Shown here: piece after piece, positions 1 to 10,172 of the stretch
How the letters are laid out: each line of letters begins with the position of its first letter
How positions within the stretch are numbered: the stretch's first letter is position 1
DNA from: Candidatus Omnitrophota bacterium
GTDB taxonomy: Bacteria > Omnitrophota > Gorgyraeia > Gygaellales > Profunditerraquicolaceae
Direction of reading: 5' to 3'
DNA length: 64,000 nt
Assembly: GCA_049517335.1 (NCBI GenBank)
Contig: JBEKSD010000006.1
Location: 1-64,000, forward strand
Notes under the pieces: generated by a model
Told to the model about the DNA's origin: nothing
The model's database searches: none
The model's input: the letters and a program-made list of their open reading frames with translations, nothing else
Position numbers and translations under genes: made by a program

Positions 1-2
1 AA

Positions 3-2246
3 AGATTGCTTCAGGATGAGGAAAAGTTGAACAGCGTTAAGACTGAATTTGGCGGATTAAAGAAAAATATTGAAGAGAAGTCGTCAGCCCTTCAGGAAAA
101 AGAAGCCCGGCTTAATGAACTGGCAGCAAGTATAAAGGCATCATTACAAAAAATCTCCAATACAAAAGAATTGATTATGGAACTGGTTTCCGGTATAGCC
201 GCCAAGAAGAATGAAATTTCTGATTTTGCCTCAAAAGAGCAAGTGTACCATTCCCGTTCAAAACGCCTTGAGATTGAAAAGGCCAAAGTATTTGAAGAAA
301 AGGTAATTACCGAAGACAGCCTAAATAAAGTTACTCAGGAAGTTGATAACCTAAAGTCCGCGGTTATGGAGCTGAATAATAAGCTCTCAGGCCTTAAAGC
401 GGATATTGAAAAAGAGAATCTGCAGCTGCGCAGCGTTAACGGTGAAATTGACGGTCTGGAAAAAGAAACCCTTACGCTTCAGTCGCATAAAGAATTCCTG
501 GAAAAGCTCAAAACGAAATATGAGGACATAGGTGAATCTATGAATGCCTTAATTTATCTTGATAAGCTTCCGCTTGAGACTACCAGCGGGCTGGTTATCA
601 AAATTAAAGAAGGTATGTCAATAAATGATGAGGATAAAGTTTCATCGGCTGAAGTGAAATTCAAATTTAGCGGCGAGGCAAAGCCCATTGAGCTGGACAC
701 GGAGAAAATTGAGGAAAAGATAAACCGGCTGGCTGCAGATATAGATAACTTAAAAAATATCCGGCAGGTAAAAGAAGCAAATCTTACTGAAATGAATAGG
801 AATATCGCTATCCTTCAGGAGGAACTGCGGAATCAGGAGATCAGCCTTGCTAATAAAGAGACCTCCCGCTTTACGACTCTGGAACAGTTTAATAAGATAA
901 AGGAAGAAGAGGATATTATTGTTTTGGAGCTGCAGGATGTAAATAAAGAGATATCCGTCCTGCAGTCCAATATAGCTGTTTCGCGGGAAAATCTAAACCG
1001 TCTTAACCTTGAACACAGGCTAGCGGAAGATTCTATCTTAAAAGAAGAAGAAAATATTTCTTTGAATAATAAATTACGTGAAGAAGTTCTGGTAGTTATT
1101 ACTCAGATCAAAACAGAGTTAGCGTCACTGAATAAAAGGCTCACTAGTGACCAGGACACGCTTAGGTTGATTGAAGAAGCGTATAATCACGATAAAGATA
1201 CGCTCTTTAATATTGAAAAGCAGATAAGCGATGCAGGGAGCAAAAAGGAATGCCTTGCTTTGGAAATAGTTGAATGCGCTGCTAAGAATTCTGCGTGCCT
1301 GAAGGAAATTGAGGCTAAGAATACAGGCTTAAAAGAAGCTGAAAAGAAATATGAAGAAGTCTCTCTCGGCTCATCAGATGTAGTAAAGAAAATTGATTCC
1401 GACCGCAAGGTGCTTGATGAAATAAGGAATAACTTATACCAGCTTCAGATGAACAGTAAAGATATTGATTACAGGTATTCTACCATAAAAGAAAGGATAC
1501 TTAGTGCGTATAAACAGGATATTGAGACTGTTCCTGTGTCTGATGATGTACTAGAGATAGATATATTGAACAAAGAGATTGAAGAGCTTAAAAAGAAGTT
1601 GGATTCTTACGGCACGGTTAATCTTGTGGCCATTGAAGAGTATGACGAGCTTAAAGTACGTTATGATTTCCTTATGCAGCAGCAGAATGATTTACTAAGC
1701 GCTAAAGAGTCTTTGCATCAAGTGATATTAAAGCTCAACCGGACTACGAAACAGATGTTCATGGAGACGTTTGAGAAGGTACGCGAAGAGTTTAAAAATT
1801 ATTTTAAGATGCTTTTTAACGGCGGAGACGCGCAGGTATATTTAATTGACGAACAGGACCCCCTGGAATCGGGCATTGAAATTATCTGCCGGCCTCCAGG
1901 AAAGAAACTCCAGAACGTCCTGCTGCTTTCAGGCGGTGAGAAATCAATGTCGGCAATCGCGCTTATTTTTGCCATATTCAAGGTAAAGCCTTCGCCCTTT
2001 TGTATTCTGGACGAAATTGACGCCGCGCTTGACGAAGCGAACGTGGACAGGTTCTCCAGAATTTTACAGGAGTTTTCCAAGATTTCCCAGTTTATCGTGA
2101 TAACCCATAATAAGAAGACTATTATTAACGCAAATGTAATGTATGGTATTACTATGCAGCAATCGGGTGTTTCTAAGATTGTTTCAGTCAAGTTTGCAGA
2201 TAAAAGGCCTCATGCAGAAGTTGAATCGGAGGTAGTGGGGGTTTAA
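3..2246 (+). CDS. smc: Chromosome partition protein SMC (5'-truncated by the window edge; atypical short hinge)
   Basis: Long coiled coils, then the C-terminal ABC head: GTVNLVAIEEY, PPGKKLQ, signature LSGGEK, Walker B/D-loop ILDEIDAALD, ITHNK. Confidence 0.95.
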   Translation, partial: RLLQDEEKLNSVKTEFGGLKKNIEEKSSALQEKEARLNELAASIKASLQKISNTKELIMELVSGIAAKKNEISDFASKEQVYHSRSKRLEIEKAKVFEEKVITEDSLNKVTQEVDNLKSAVMELNNKLSGLKADIEKENLQLRSVNGEIDGLEKETLTLQSHKEFLEKLKTKYEDIGESMNALIYLDKLPLETTSGLVIKIKEGMSINDEDKVSSAEVKFKFSGEAKPIELDTEKIEEKINRLAADIDNLKNIRQVKEANLTEMNRNIAILQEELRNQEISLANKETSRFTTLEQFNKIKEEEDIIVLELQDVNKEISVLQSNIAVSRENLNRLNLEHRLAEDSILKEEENISLNNKLREEVLVVITQIKTELASLNKRLTSDQDTLRLIEEAYNHDKDTLFNIEKQISDAGSKKECLALEIVECAAKNSACLKEIEAKNTGLKEAEKKYEEVSLGSSDVVKKIDSDRKVLDEIRNNLYQLQMNSKDIDYRYSTIKERILSAYKQDIETVPVSDDVLEIDILNKEIEELKKKLDSYGTVNLVAIEEYDELKVRYDFLMQQQNDLLSAKESLHQVILKLNRTTKQMFMETFEKVREEFKNYFKMLFNGGDAQVYLIDEQDPLESGIEIICRPPGKKLQNVLLLSGGEKSMSAIALIFAIFKVKPSPFCILDEIDAALDEANVDRFSRILQEFSKISQFIVITHNKKTIINANVMYGITMQQSGVSKIVSVKFADKRPHAEVESEVVGV

Positions 2247-3406
2247 CAGCAGGTAGTATTCTTGCCTTTACTTTTTGCCGCGTATAAAGATTTATCCGAT
2301 GCGGCAACCAGTTGGGAAGGTGTCTGGCCGTCTTCAGGGAATGTAGCTAAACCTAAACTTGCAGTAAGTTTCTTAGCGGGGAGTATCTCTTCGGAAAAGA
2401 ATTTGTGTCTATCAATATCCATCCTTAGGCGTTCAGCAATCATGAACGCTTCTTTTTTATCGGTCTGGGGCAATATTATCGTAAATTCCTCTCCGCCATA
2501 GCGGCAAACGGAATCCATTTTGCGTGATTGGTTCTTAAGCAGATTCGCCATTTCCTTTAGGGCGGTATCTCCTGCTTGATGGCCCAACTGGTCGTTATAA
2601 ATTTTGAAGTCGTCAATATCTATCATGATTATGCTTAAAGGTAGTTTCATAGCTTTTGATTTCTCAAGCTCTTTCTGCAGGATCATCTGGAAATAACCGT
2701 GATTCCAGAGGTCGGTTAAATAATCGGAGTGGCCGCGGATTACCGATTTTTCATATAATTGGGAGTCTTCAATCGCCAGCCCCGCCTGATTACCGAGCAT
2801 AATTAACATGCGCAGGTCATCCTTAGTTATAGGCTTCTTAGTGACAAAGTTATCGGCAATGATTAAGCCGTTTACTTTTTCTTTGGACTTTAACGGAACG
2901 ATGATAAGCTCTTCGCTGTTTAATATTTTAACCAGCGGGTCGTCTTTATATTTGGGCATATTTTCTTTGGTTAAATGCAGGGGCATGCCGTCCAAGACCC
3001 CGAGGGTAAGCAGGCCTGTGTTTTGCTCATGCAGGCTAAGCTTAATGTGGCGGACTTGTTTGTTGAAGCCTGCCTCTGGGGCAAAGCCTAATTCTTTGTA
3101 AACGCTGATCAGGTCGTCCAGGTTCATCTTTTCCTGTTCAATCTGGTTCCAGATGCGGTTAGCCTCATCTCCCGTTTCAGGGCCGATGCCCATTTTTCCC
3201 TCTATGAGTCCGTCCTTCTCGTTAATTAAAAAAAGGAGCGCCCTGTTAAAGCCTAAGCCGGTGTGTGCAGTCACTCCGGTGAGGATTATATAGAGGATCT
3301 CATCTAGCCTGAGTGTGGTGCGCATGGCATTGGATATCTCATAGAGGATGCTAAGCTCGGTTTTCGTGCGCTCAAGTTCCTGTTTTAGCTTAATCATTTC
3401 GTCCAT
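2243..3406 (-). CDS. GAF-sensor diguanylate cyclase (GGDEF)
   Basis: N-terminal GAF (ISNAMRTTLRLDEIL...LIIVPL...LGNQAGLAIE), DIDDFKIYNDQLGHQAGD, I-site RKMD, active site RYGGEEF. Start placed at ATG 3406 because a promoter overlaps the ORF-track start at 3424. Confidence 0.92.
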   Translation of the reverse strand: MDEMIKLKQELERTKTELSILYEISNAMRTTLRLDEILYIILTGVTAHTGLGFNRALLFLINEKDGLIEGKMGIGPETGDEANRIWNQIEQEKMNLDDLISVYKELGFAPEAGFNKQVRHIKLSLHEQNTGLLTLGVLDGMPLHLTKENMPKYKDDPLVKILNSEELIIVPLKSKEKVNGLIIADNFVTKKPITKDDLRMLIMLGNQAGLAIEDSQLYEKSVIRGHSDYLTDLWNHGYFQMILQKELEKSKAMKLPLSIIMIDIDDFKIYNDQLGHQAGDTALKEMANLLKNQSRKMDSVCRYGGEEFTIILPQTDKKEAFMIAERLRMDIDRHKFFSEEILPAKKLTASLGLATFPEDGQTPSQLVAASDKSLYAAKSKGKNTTCC

Positions 3407-3414
3407 AGTATGAA

Positions 3415-3442
3415 AGATTACCACAAATTATGGGAAAGTCAA
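3415..3442 (-). promoter_or_regulatory. Putative sigma70 promoter of the diguanylate cyclase
   Basis: Minus strand TTGACT-16 nt-TAATCT with an extended -10 TG; ATG lies 8 nt downstream of the -10. Confidence 0.55.
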
Positions 3443-3574
3443 TAGAGACAAAGGAAGATATCCCTTGGGGTATGTCCCCTGTTTAAGATTTTGGTTAGAT
3501 TTTAGATCTGGTTTCGTCTATTAAGATATAAGGAGATGGTGCCTATTGGTAAATTATTTTGGTTCGGGATTTAG

Positions 3575-3603
3575 TTGACATTAAATGGTTGGTAAGATAT
3601 AAT
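3575..3603 (+). promoter_or_regulatory. Consensus sigma70 promoter upstream of recA
   Basis: TTGACA (3575-3580), 17 nt spacer, TATAAT (3598-3603); SD GGAGG at 3627-3631. Confidence 0.9.
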
Positions 3604-3637
3604 AATTTTCTCTAAACCTAAAAAACGGAGGCTTAAG

Positions 3638-4666
3638 ATGGCAATTGAAAAGAAAAAGGAAGAAATGCATAATATTTCCGATAGGCACAAGGCGCTGGAA
3701 CTCGCCCTTGCTCAGATAGAAAAACAGTTTGGTAAAGGCTCAATTATGAAATTGGGCGGGGATGTTAAGGTCAATGTTGAGACAATCTCTACCGGCGCCT
3801 TGACTTTGGATGTGGCTTTGGGTGTCGGGGGTTTACCTCGTGGAAGGGTAATTGAAATATTCGGTCCGGAGGCTTCAGGTAAGACTACGTTGACTTTAAC
3901 CGCGATAAGAGAAAATCAAAAAAAAGGCGGCGTAGCTGCTTTTATAGACGCTGAACACGCTTTTGATTCTACTTACGCAAAGCTTATCGGGGTAAATCTC
4001 GATGAATTGTTGATTTCTCAGCCGGATACCGGAGAACAGGCGCTGGAAATAGCTGAAACTCTTGTGCGCTCCAATGCCATAGATTTAGTTGTTATTGACT
4101 CGGTCGCTGCCCTTACGCCACGCGCTGAGATTGAAGGCGAGATGGGTGATTCGCATATCGGTTTACAGGCGCGCCTGATGTCTCAGGCATTACGCAAGCT
4201 GACCGGCTCAATCAGCAAGTCCCGTACCTGCGTGATTTTTATTAACCAGCTGCGTGAAAAAATCGGAGTTATGTTTGGTTCACCCGAAACTACTCCCGGC
4301 GGCAGGGCGCTTAAATTTTACTCTTCAGTCAGGCTTGACGTGCGCAGGATTGCTTCGCTCAAAGAGGCTGATGCGGTTATCGGGGGAAGAGTAAGGGTGC
4401 GCGTGGTTAAAAATAAAGTTGCCTCTCCGTTCAAAGAAGGCGAATTTGATATCTTGCATAATGAAGGTATTTCTCGGTTTGGCGCCATTATTGACGCAGG
4501 GCTAAATTCGGAAGTCATCGCCAAATTCGGCACTTGGTTGTCTTTTGGTAATGAGAAGCTCGGCCAGGGAAGGGAAGCGGCAATAAAAACCTTAAGAGAG
4601 AAGCCGAAGCTGGCGGAAGAGATAGAAAAAGAAGTGAGGAAAAAGTTATCTCAAGGTGAGAAGTAA
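3638..4666 (+). CDS. recA: Recombinase A
   Basis: [31 protein letters not shown]. Confidence 0.99.
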   Translation: MAIEKKKEEMHNISDRHKALELALAQIEKQFGKGSIMKLGGDVKVNVETISTGALTLDVALGVGGLPRGRVIEIFGPEASGKTTLTLTAIRENQKKGGVAAFIDAEHAFDSTYAKLIGVNLDELLISQPDTGEQALEIAETLVRSNAIDLVVIDSVAALTPRAEIEGEMGDSHIGLQARLMSQALRKLTGSISKSRTCVIFINQLREKIGVMFGSPETTPGGRALKFYSSVRLDVRRIASLKEADAVIGGRVRVRVVKNKVASPFKEGEFDILHNEGISRFGAIIDAGLNSEVIAKFGTWLSFGNEKLGQGREAAIKTLREKPKLAEEIEKEVRKKLSQGEK

Positions 4667-5135
4667 ACAGGACCCTTTTGAAAAAGCCCGGGAATATGCT
4701 TTTTTACTGCTTAAATTCCGGTTGCGTAGCGAAAAAGAGCTTTACAGCCGGCTTAAACATAAAAAATTCCCTGATGACGTAATTAAAAATACGATTAAGT
4801 TTCTAAAAGATAAACAGTTTATTGATGATTCTGCCTTTGTAAAAGTATGGGCTAGTTCCCGGATTAAAAGAAGGTTAGGATTAAGAAGGATAAAAGATGA
4901 ATTAAGGGTAAAAGGCGTAGATAGTGAGTTAATAGATAGCGCCGTTTCAGAAATAAATAAGGATTATTGCGAAAGCAGGATTATCAGGGATATCGCAGAA
5001 GAGAGATTAAACAGGCTAAAAGGGGTTGAGCCATATAAAGCGAAGCAGAAGGTATATGCTTACCTGTTGCGCCGCGGTTTTCTTCCCGAAACAATAACGG
5101 ATATTTTGAATCAACTATGCTCGCGAGCGAATTAA
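4656..5135 (+). CDS. recX: Regulatory protein RecX
   Basis: RSEKEL, FIDD..F, ELRVKGV, YLLRRGF motifs; directly after recA. Confidence 0.93.
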   Translation: MRSKQDPFEKAREYAFLLLKFRLRSEKELYSRLKHKKFPDDVIKNTIKFLKDKQFIDDSAFVKVWASSRIKRRLGLRRIKDELRVKGVDSELIDSAVSEINKDYCESRIIRDIAEERLNRLKGVEPYKAKQKVYAYLLRRGFLPETITDILNQLCSRAN

Positions 5136-7723
5136 GGGTTAAATTCTTGGATTTTTTTAAAGCCAGGAAACACAAAATAACGGACAGCGATTCGCTGGTA
5201 CCTAAAGACGACCCTACGGTGCTGTTTACCCCTGCGGGGATGAATCAATTTAAAAAAGAGTTTTTAGGGTTTGATTCCGGATTTCCCCGCGCCGCTACCT
5301 GCCAGAGATGCCTGCGCACAGATGACCTGATTAAAGTCGGTAAAACTTCCGGCCACCATACTTTTTTTGAAATGCTGGGGAATTTTTCCTTCGGGGATTA
5401 TTTTAAGAAAGAGGCGATTAACTGGGCCTGGGAATTTTTGACGGAAGTGCTGAAAATCGATAAGGCTAAGTTTTGGGTTTCAGTCTATAAGGACGATGAG
5501 GAAACTTATAAGCTTTGGAACGAAACAATAAAAATTCCCTCTAAAAGGATTGTCAAGCTTGGAGACAAGGAAAACTTCTGGCCTTCTGAGGCAAAAGAAA
5601 AAGGCCCAAACGGTCCCTGCGGTCCGTGTTCGGAGATATTTTTTGATCAGGGCAGCGGTACCGGCTGTAAATCTAAAGATTGCTCTCTTTCATGCGGATG
5701 TGGAAGGTTTATGGAAGTTTGGAATCTAGTTTTTACCCAATTTAACCGTAAAGAAGGCGGGAAGCTTGAGTCGCTGCCGAATAAGAACATTGATACTGGT
5801 ATGGGCTTGGAAAGGCTCGCCGCGGTAATGCAGGGCGTAAGCAGTAATTTTGAAACCGATTTATTTACCCCAATTATATCGGAGATTAATAATGGGAGTA
5901 AGAATGAAGCTGGGGATAATAAACCCCTAATTTACGCGATTGCCGACCATATACGCGCAGTGACGTTTTCTATCTATGACGGAGTTTTGCCTTCAAATGA
6001 GGGCAGGGGCTATATTGTTCGTAAATTAGTAAGAAAAAGCGTTTTACATTTAAGGTCATTGGGCATTAGTCAGCCGTATTTGTTTAAGCTTGTTGTCCCA
6101 GTTGCGCTGGTTATGAAGCCGTTTTACCCGGATTTAATGGTGCGCAAAGAGAATATTGCCGAAATAATTTTGTCTGAAGAAAGGTCATTCATAAATACCC
6201 TTAATTCAAGCGATACGTTATTAAAAGAAAAATTCCAGGGTTTTTTGAAGGTTCAGAACCCTGAGGAAGTCGGCAGGATAACCTTTCAGTTCCATGATAC
6301 CTACGGTATGCCTTTAGAGCTTACACAAGGCTGGCTTGAGATGCGGGGGATAAAGATTTCCATGCAGGCTTTTAATGATGAGCTCAACCGGCAAAAAGAG
6401 CGTTCAAAACTGCAAAGTTCCATGAAGGGTGACGTCTTCAGCGCTCAACTTGATTATGGGGTAAAAGAGACGAGATTTTTGGGTTATAAGGAGTCACAGG
6501 CCAAGGCGAAGGTTATTAAGATTATGAAAGGCAATGAACCGGCCAAAAAAATATCCAAAGGCGAAGAAGGCCTGATAATCCTTGATAAAACTACTTTTTA
6601 CGCGGAAAGAGGAGGGCAGGTCGGGGATAAGGGACAAATCGTAAAGGGAAAAAATATTTTTGAAGTCTCGGATACGCGCAGGTCCGGCAACGTAACTTTA
6701 CATATAGGTAAAGTTAAGACGGGTAGTTTCAAGACCGGCGATGAGGCAACGGCGAAAATTGATATTGCCCTGCGCGTGGCTATTGAACGCAATCATACGG
6801 CAACGCACCTCTTGCAGGCGGCATTAAGAAAAGTTTTGGGGCCGCACGTCCAGCAACAGGGCTCATTAGTGGCGCAAGGGCGCCTGCGTTTTGATTTCTC
6901 GCATTTTAAAGATATAACTAATGAAGAGATCAACCACATTGAAGAATTCGTAAACAAGGCAATTTTGGAGAATTTGCCCGTGGAGAAGAAAGAGAAAAGC
7001 CTGCAGGAAGCAAAGAAATCCGGGGCTTTGGCATTCTTCGGCGAAAAATATGAAGGTAAAGTGCGTGTTGTTTCCATAATGAATACTTCCATGGAACTTT
7101 GCGGAGGCACGCATCTTGACTCAACCGGCTCAATAGGGTTATTTAAGATTATTCATGAAGGTTCTGTTTCTAGTGGGGTACGTAGGATTGAAGCGGTGAC
7201 TGGAGCTTTTGCTTATAAGGCGGTCAAAGAAGAGGAAGGGATGATTTCTGAATTGGGCGCCATATTGAATACTCCTAAAGATAAAATCGTGCAGGAAGTA
7301 GAAAAAAGAAGCGTTCGGCTTAAAGAGCTGGAGAAAGAACTAAATATGCGTAGGATGGAACTGTTGAAAGATAGCTGCGATGAGCTGGTCGCTAATGCGG
7401 AAATTGTTAACGGCACAAAAGTAATTTTGAAAGTGTTTGAAGGTCTTGATATGAATTTATTAAGGAAGAACGTAGACTTACTTAAGGAAAAAGCTATCAG
7501 TTCAGTGGTAGGTCTTGGTTCCAGTATCGAAGGAAGGGCGCTCTTGGTTGTAGGAGTAACTCCTGACCTTTGCGCAAAAGGCTTGGATGCCACAAAGCTT
7601 ATCCGTTCAATATCAGGGTTAATCGGCGGAAGCGGAGGAGGCAGGAGCGACTTTGCTCAGGCCGGAGGCAATAACCCGGGCAATTTAAAACAAGCATTAG
7701 AGGAGTTAAAAAGTAAATTATGA
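5117..7723 (+). CDS. alaS: Alanine--tRNA ligase
   Basis: HHTFFEMLGNFSFGDYFK, DTGMGLER, editing motifs HTATH and ELCGGTH, C-terminal GGSGGG. Confidence 0.99.
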   Translation: MLASELRVKFLDFFKARKHKITDSDSLVPKDDPTVLFTPAGMNQFKKEFLGFDSGFPRAATCQRCLRTDDLIKVGKTSGHHTFFEMLGNFSFGDYFKKEAINWAWEFLTEVLKIDKAKFWVSVYKDDEETYKLWNETIKIPSKRIVKLGDKENFWPSEAKEKGPNGPCGPCSEIFFDQGSGTGCKSKDCSLSCGCGRFMEVWNLVFTQFNRKEGGKLESLPNKNIDTGMGLERLAAVMQGVSSNFETDLFTPIISEINNGSKNEAGDNKPLIYAIADHIRAVTFSIYDGVLPSNEGRGYIVRKLVRKSVLHLRSLGISQPYLFKLVVPVALVMKPFYPDLMVRKENIAEIILSEERSFINTLNSSDTLLKEKFQGFLKVQNPEEVGRITFQFHDTYGMPLELTQGWLEMRGIKISMQAFNDELNRQKERSKLQSSMKGDVFSAQLDYGVKETRFLGYKESQAKAKVIKIMKGNEPAKKISKGEEGLIILDKTTFYAERGGQVGDKGQIVKGKNIFEVSDTRRSGNVTLHIGKVKTGSFKTGDEATAKIDIALRVAIERNHTATHLLQAALRKVLGPHVQQQGSLVAQGRLRFDFSHFKDITNEEINHIEEFVNKAILENLPVEKKEKSLQEAKKSGALAFFGEKYEGKVRVVSIMNTSMELCGGTHLDSTGSIGLFKIIHEGSVSSGVRRIEAVTGAFAYKAVKEEEGMISELGAILNTPKDKIVQEVEKRSVRLKELEKELNMRRMELLKDSCDELVANAEIVNGTKVILKVFEGLDMNLLRKNVDLLKEKAISSVVGLGSSIEGRALLVVGVTPDLCAKGLDATKLIRSISGLIGGSGGGRSDFAQAGGNNPGNLKQALEELKSKL

Positions 7724-8946
7724 AAATAATACGGCCGAATAATGTGGGCTTAGAAAAAATTTACAGCCGTGGTTTCAATAAGCAGAAAAGAATTGAAGAG
7801 AGTGTAAAGAAGATTATTGAAGACGTGCGCATTTTCGGGGACGACGCGCTCATAAAATACACAAAAAAATTTGACGGCGTGAAATTGTCCATCCGGCAAT
7901 TAAGAGTATCTGAAATAGACATAAGCGGCGCCTATCAGAACATCAGCCCAAATTTCGTCTCTTCGTTAAAAATAATCATTGAAAACGTAAATAGGTTTTA
8001 CCGCAAGGGCCTAAGAAAGTCATGGCGCATCAAAGACTCGGACGGTGCGGTGTTGGGCGAGAACCTTAAGCCCCTTGAACGGGTAGGCATTTATATCCCG
8101 GCAGGGACTGCTCCTCTTGTTTCAACCGTTTATATGACCGTCCTGCCGGCAAAAATCGCGCAGGTAAAGGAAATAGTCTTGATCAGCCCGCCGGACAAAA
8201 ACGGTCTAATTAACCCACACATTTTAGTGGTTGCCGATTTATTGAAAGTGCACGAGATATACCGCGTCGGCGGGGCGCAAGGCATAGCTGCCTTGGCTTA
8301 CGGGACTAAAACCATTAAGTGCGTAGATAAGATTGTCGGGCCGGGGAATGTCTATGTGAGCGAAGCAAAGAGGCAGGTTTTCGGGCAGGTAGATATTGAT
8401 ATGATTGCCGGGCCCACGGAACTAGTTATCATTGCTAATTGTTTTTCCGACCCTAAATTCATCGCTGCGGATTTGAAAGCGCAGGCAGAACATTCAAAAG
8501 GCCTGGCAATTTTAATCACTAACTCTAAAAAGCTGGCTAAAGAAGTAAAGACCCTTCTGCCTGATGATAAGGGGATGATAATTTTAACTAAAAACCTGGA
8601 GGAAGCTGCCAATATCTCCAATAGGATCGCCCCTGAACACCTTGAGATACTGGTTAAGAACCCGCAAAAGCTGCTGAAGCTTATACGTAATGCCGGAGCA
8701 ATATTCTTAGGGCCTTATAGCCCTACGGCAATAGGGGACTATGTGGCGGGTCCGAGTCATGTTTTACCGACAGCCGGCACAGCGAGGTTCTTCTCGGGAT
8801 TATCAGTGTGCGATTTTATAAAAAGTAACCACATTATCGGATATTCAAAGCGGGCACTTGAGAAAATCAAGGATCCGCTTGAAAAGATTGCTGGTATAGA
8901 AGGCTTAAGCAAACATTTGGATTCAGTCAAAATAAGATTTATTTAG
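7720..8946 (+). CDS. hisD: Histidinol dehydrogenase
   Basis: VGGAQGIAALAYG, KIVGPGN, AEH, APEHLE, GDYVAGPSHVLPT. Confidence 0.97.
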   Translation: MKIIRPNNVGLEKIYSRGFNKQKRIEESVKKIIEDVRIFGDDALIKYTKKFDGVKLSIRQLRVSEIDISGAYQNISPNFVSSLKIIIENVNRFYRKGLRKSWRIKDSDGAVLGENLKPLERVGIYIPAGTAPLVSTVYMTVLPAKIAQVKEIVLISPPDKNGLINPHILVVADLLKVHEIYRVGGAQGIAALAYGTKTIKCVDKIVGPGNVYVSEAKRQVFGQVDIDMIAGPTELVIIANCFSDPKFIAADLKAQAEHSKGLAILITNSKKLAKEVKTLLPDDKGMIILTKNLEEAANISNRIAPEHLEILVKNPQKLLKLIRNAGAIFLGPYSPTAIGDYVAGPSHVLPTAGTARFFSGLSVCDFIKSNHIIGYSKRALEKIKDPLEKIAGIEGLSKHLDSVKIRFI

Positions 8947-8955
8947 GAGAAAAAA

Positions 8956-9561
8956 ATGCGCGAGGCGTCATTTAACAGGGTAAGCAAGGAAACGGATATA
9001 ACTATCAAGCTTAATATTGACGGCGCAGGCGAAACGAATATTAGCTGCGGAATAGGATTGTTAGACCATATGCTGGAGCTGTTTGCTTTTTGGGGGCATT
9101 TTGACCTTGATATACTGACGAATAAAGCTGACCTGAACGTGGATATTCATCATACCAACGAAGATTTAGGTATTGTATTGGGAGCGGCTTTTAAGAAAGC
9201 ATTGGGAGATAAGACGGGTATCAGGAGGATTGGTTCGGCATCAGCGCCAATGGAAGATGTAACCGCCCACGTAACCGTGGATATCTCTGGAAGGCCGTCG
9301 TATAAAATGATTATTAATCAGATTGGGTATAATCTCCCGAGCGAGCCGAGTGGTTACGATTTTAGAAATGCCGAGCATTTTTTCGAAGCTTTTGCCAAGC
9401 AGTTAGGGATGAACCTCAACATAAATTTAGATAATCCAAATCGGGATTTACACGCTACTTTAGAGCCTATTTTTAAGGCTTTGGGTATTGCTTTGGACCA
9501 GGCGACTCAAATTGACCCTCGCCGCAAAGGCATTCCGTCCACTAAAGGTGTGATTGACTAA
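8956..9561 (+). CDS. hisB: Imidazoleglycerol-phosphate dehydratase (second metal motif divergent)
   Basis: KETDI, DHML, HHTNED, DISGRP, PSTKG. Confidence 0.93.
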   Translation: MREASFNRVSKETDITIKLNIDGAGETNISCGIGLLDHMLELFAFWGHFDLDILTNKADLNVDIHHTNEDLGIVLGAAFKKALGDKTGIRRIGSASAPMEDVTAHVTVDISGRPSYKMIINQIGYNLPSEPSGYDFRNAEHFFEAFAKQLGMNLNINLDNPNRDLHATLEPIFKALGIALDQATQIDPRRKGIPSTKGVID

Positions 9562-10172
9562 TGATCGCTATTATAGATTACGGAATGGGCAATATTCACA
9601 GCGTTAATAAAGCACTGCAGCTGCTTGGCGCACAAACTAAGACCACTAATAACTCCAAGGAAATTGCGGCAGCTGATAAAGCGGTTTTGCCCGGGGTAGG
9701 CGCATTTGACGACGCTGTGCTTGAGCTTGAAAAGCAGGGGCTTATTAAGGTAATAAATGAATTTGTGAAGAGCGGGAAACCACTGCTTGGGATTTGCCTA
9801 GGGATGCAGTTATTCTTTGAAGAAAGCGAAGAGGCAAAAAGTAAAAGAGGTTTAGGCTTAATAAAAGGTTCTGTTAAACGTTTTTCGCATAAATATAACC
9901 TTAAAGTCCCGCATATGGGATGGAACCAGATAAAGGTTACCAATAAAACGTGCCCTTTATTTAAGAGCATCAATGATGTTACTTTTGTCTATTTTTGTCA
10001 TTCTTATTACCCTGTGCCGAAGGAACAGTCTGTTACCGCGGCAACCTGTAATTATGGTAATGAGTTTGTTGCTGCCGTAGCTAAAGATAATTTGTACGGT
10101 GTGCAGTTTCATCCTGAAAAAAGCCAAAAAACCGGTTTAAATATTCTGGAAGGTTTTGTCAAATTATGTTAA
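9561..10172 (+). CDS. hisH: IGP synthase glutaminase subunit
   Basis: DYGMGN, PGVG, GICLGMQ, PHMGWN, QFHPEKS. Confidence 0.98.
   Translation: MIAIIDYGMGNIHSVNKALQLLGAQTKTTNNSKEIAAADKAVLPGVGAFDDAVLELEKQGLIKVINEFVKSGKPLLGICLGMQLFFEESEEAKSKRGLGLIKGSVKRFSHKYNLKVPHMGWNQIKVTNKTCPLFKSINDVTFVYFCHSYYPVPKEQSVTAATCNYGNEFVAAVAKDNLYGVQFHPEKSQKTGLNILEGFVKLC

Noticed and set aside
8941-8958. hisD TAG is in frame with hisB (possible readthrough fusion)
   Set aside because: hisB has its own SD (AGGAG) and ATG; in-frame spacing has a 1-in-3 chance.
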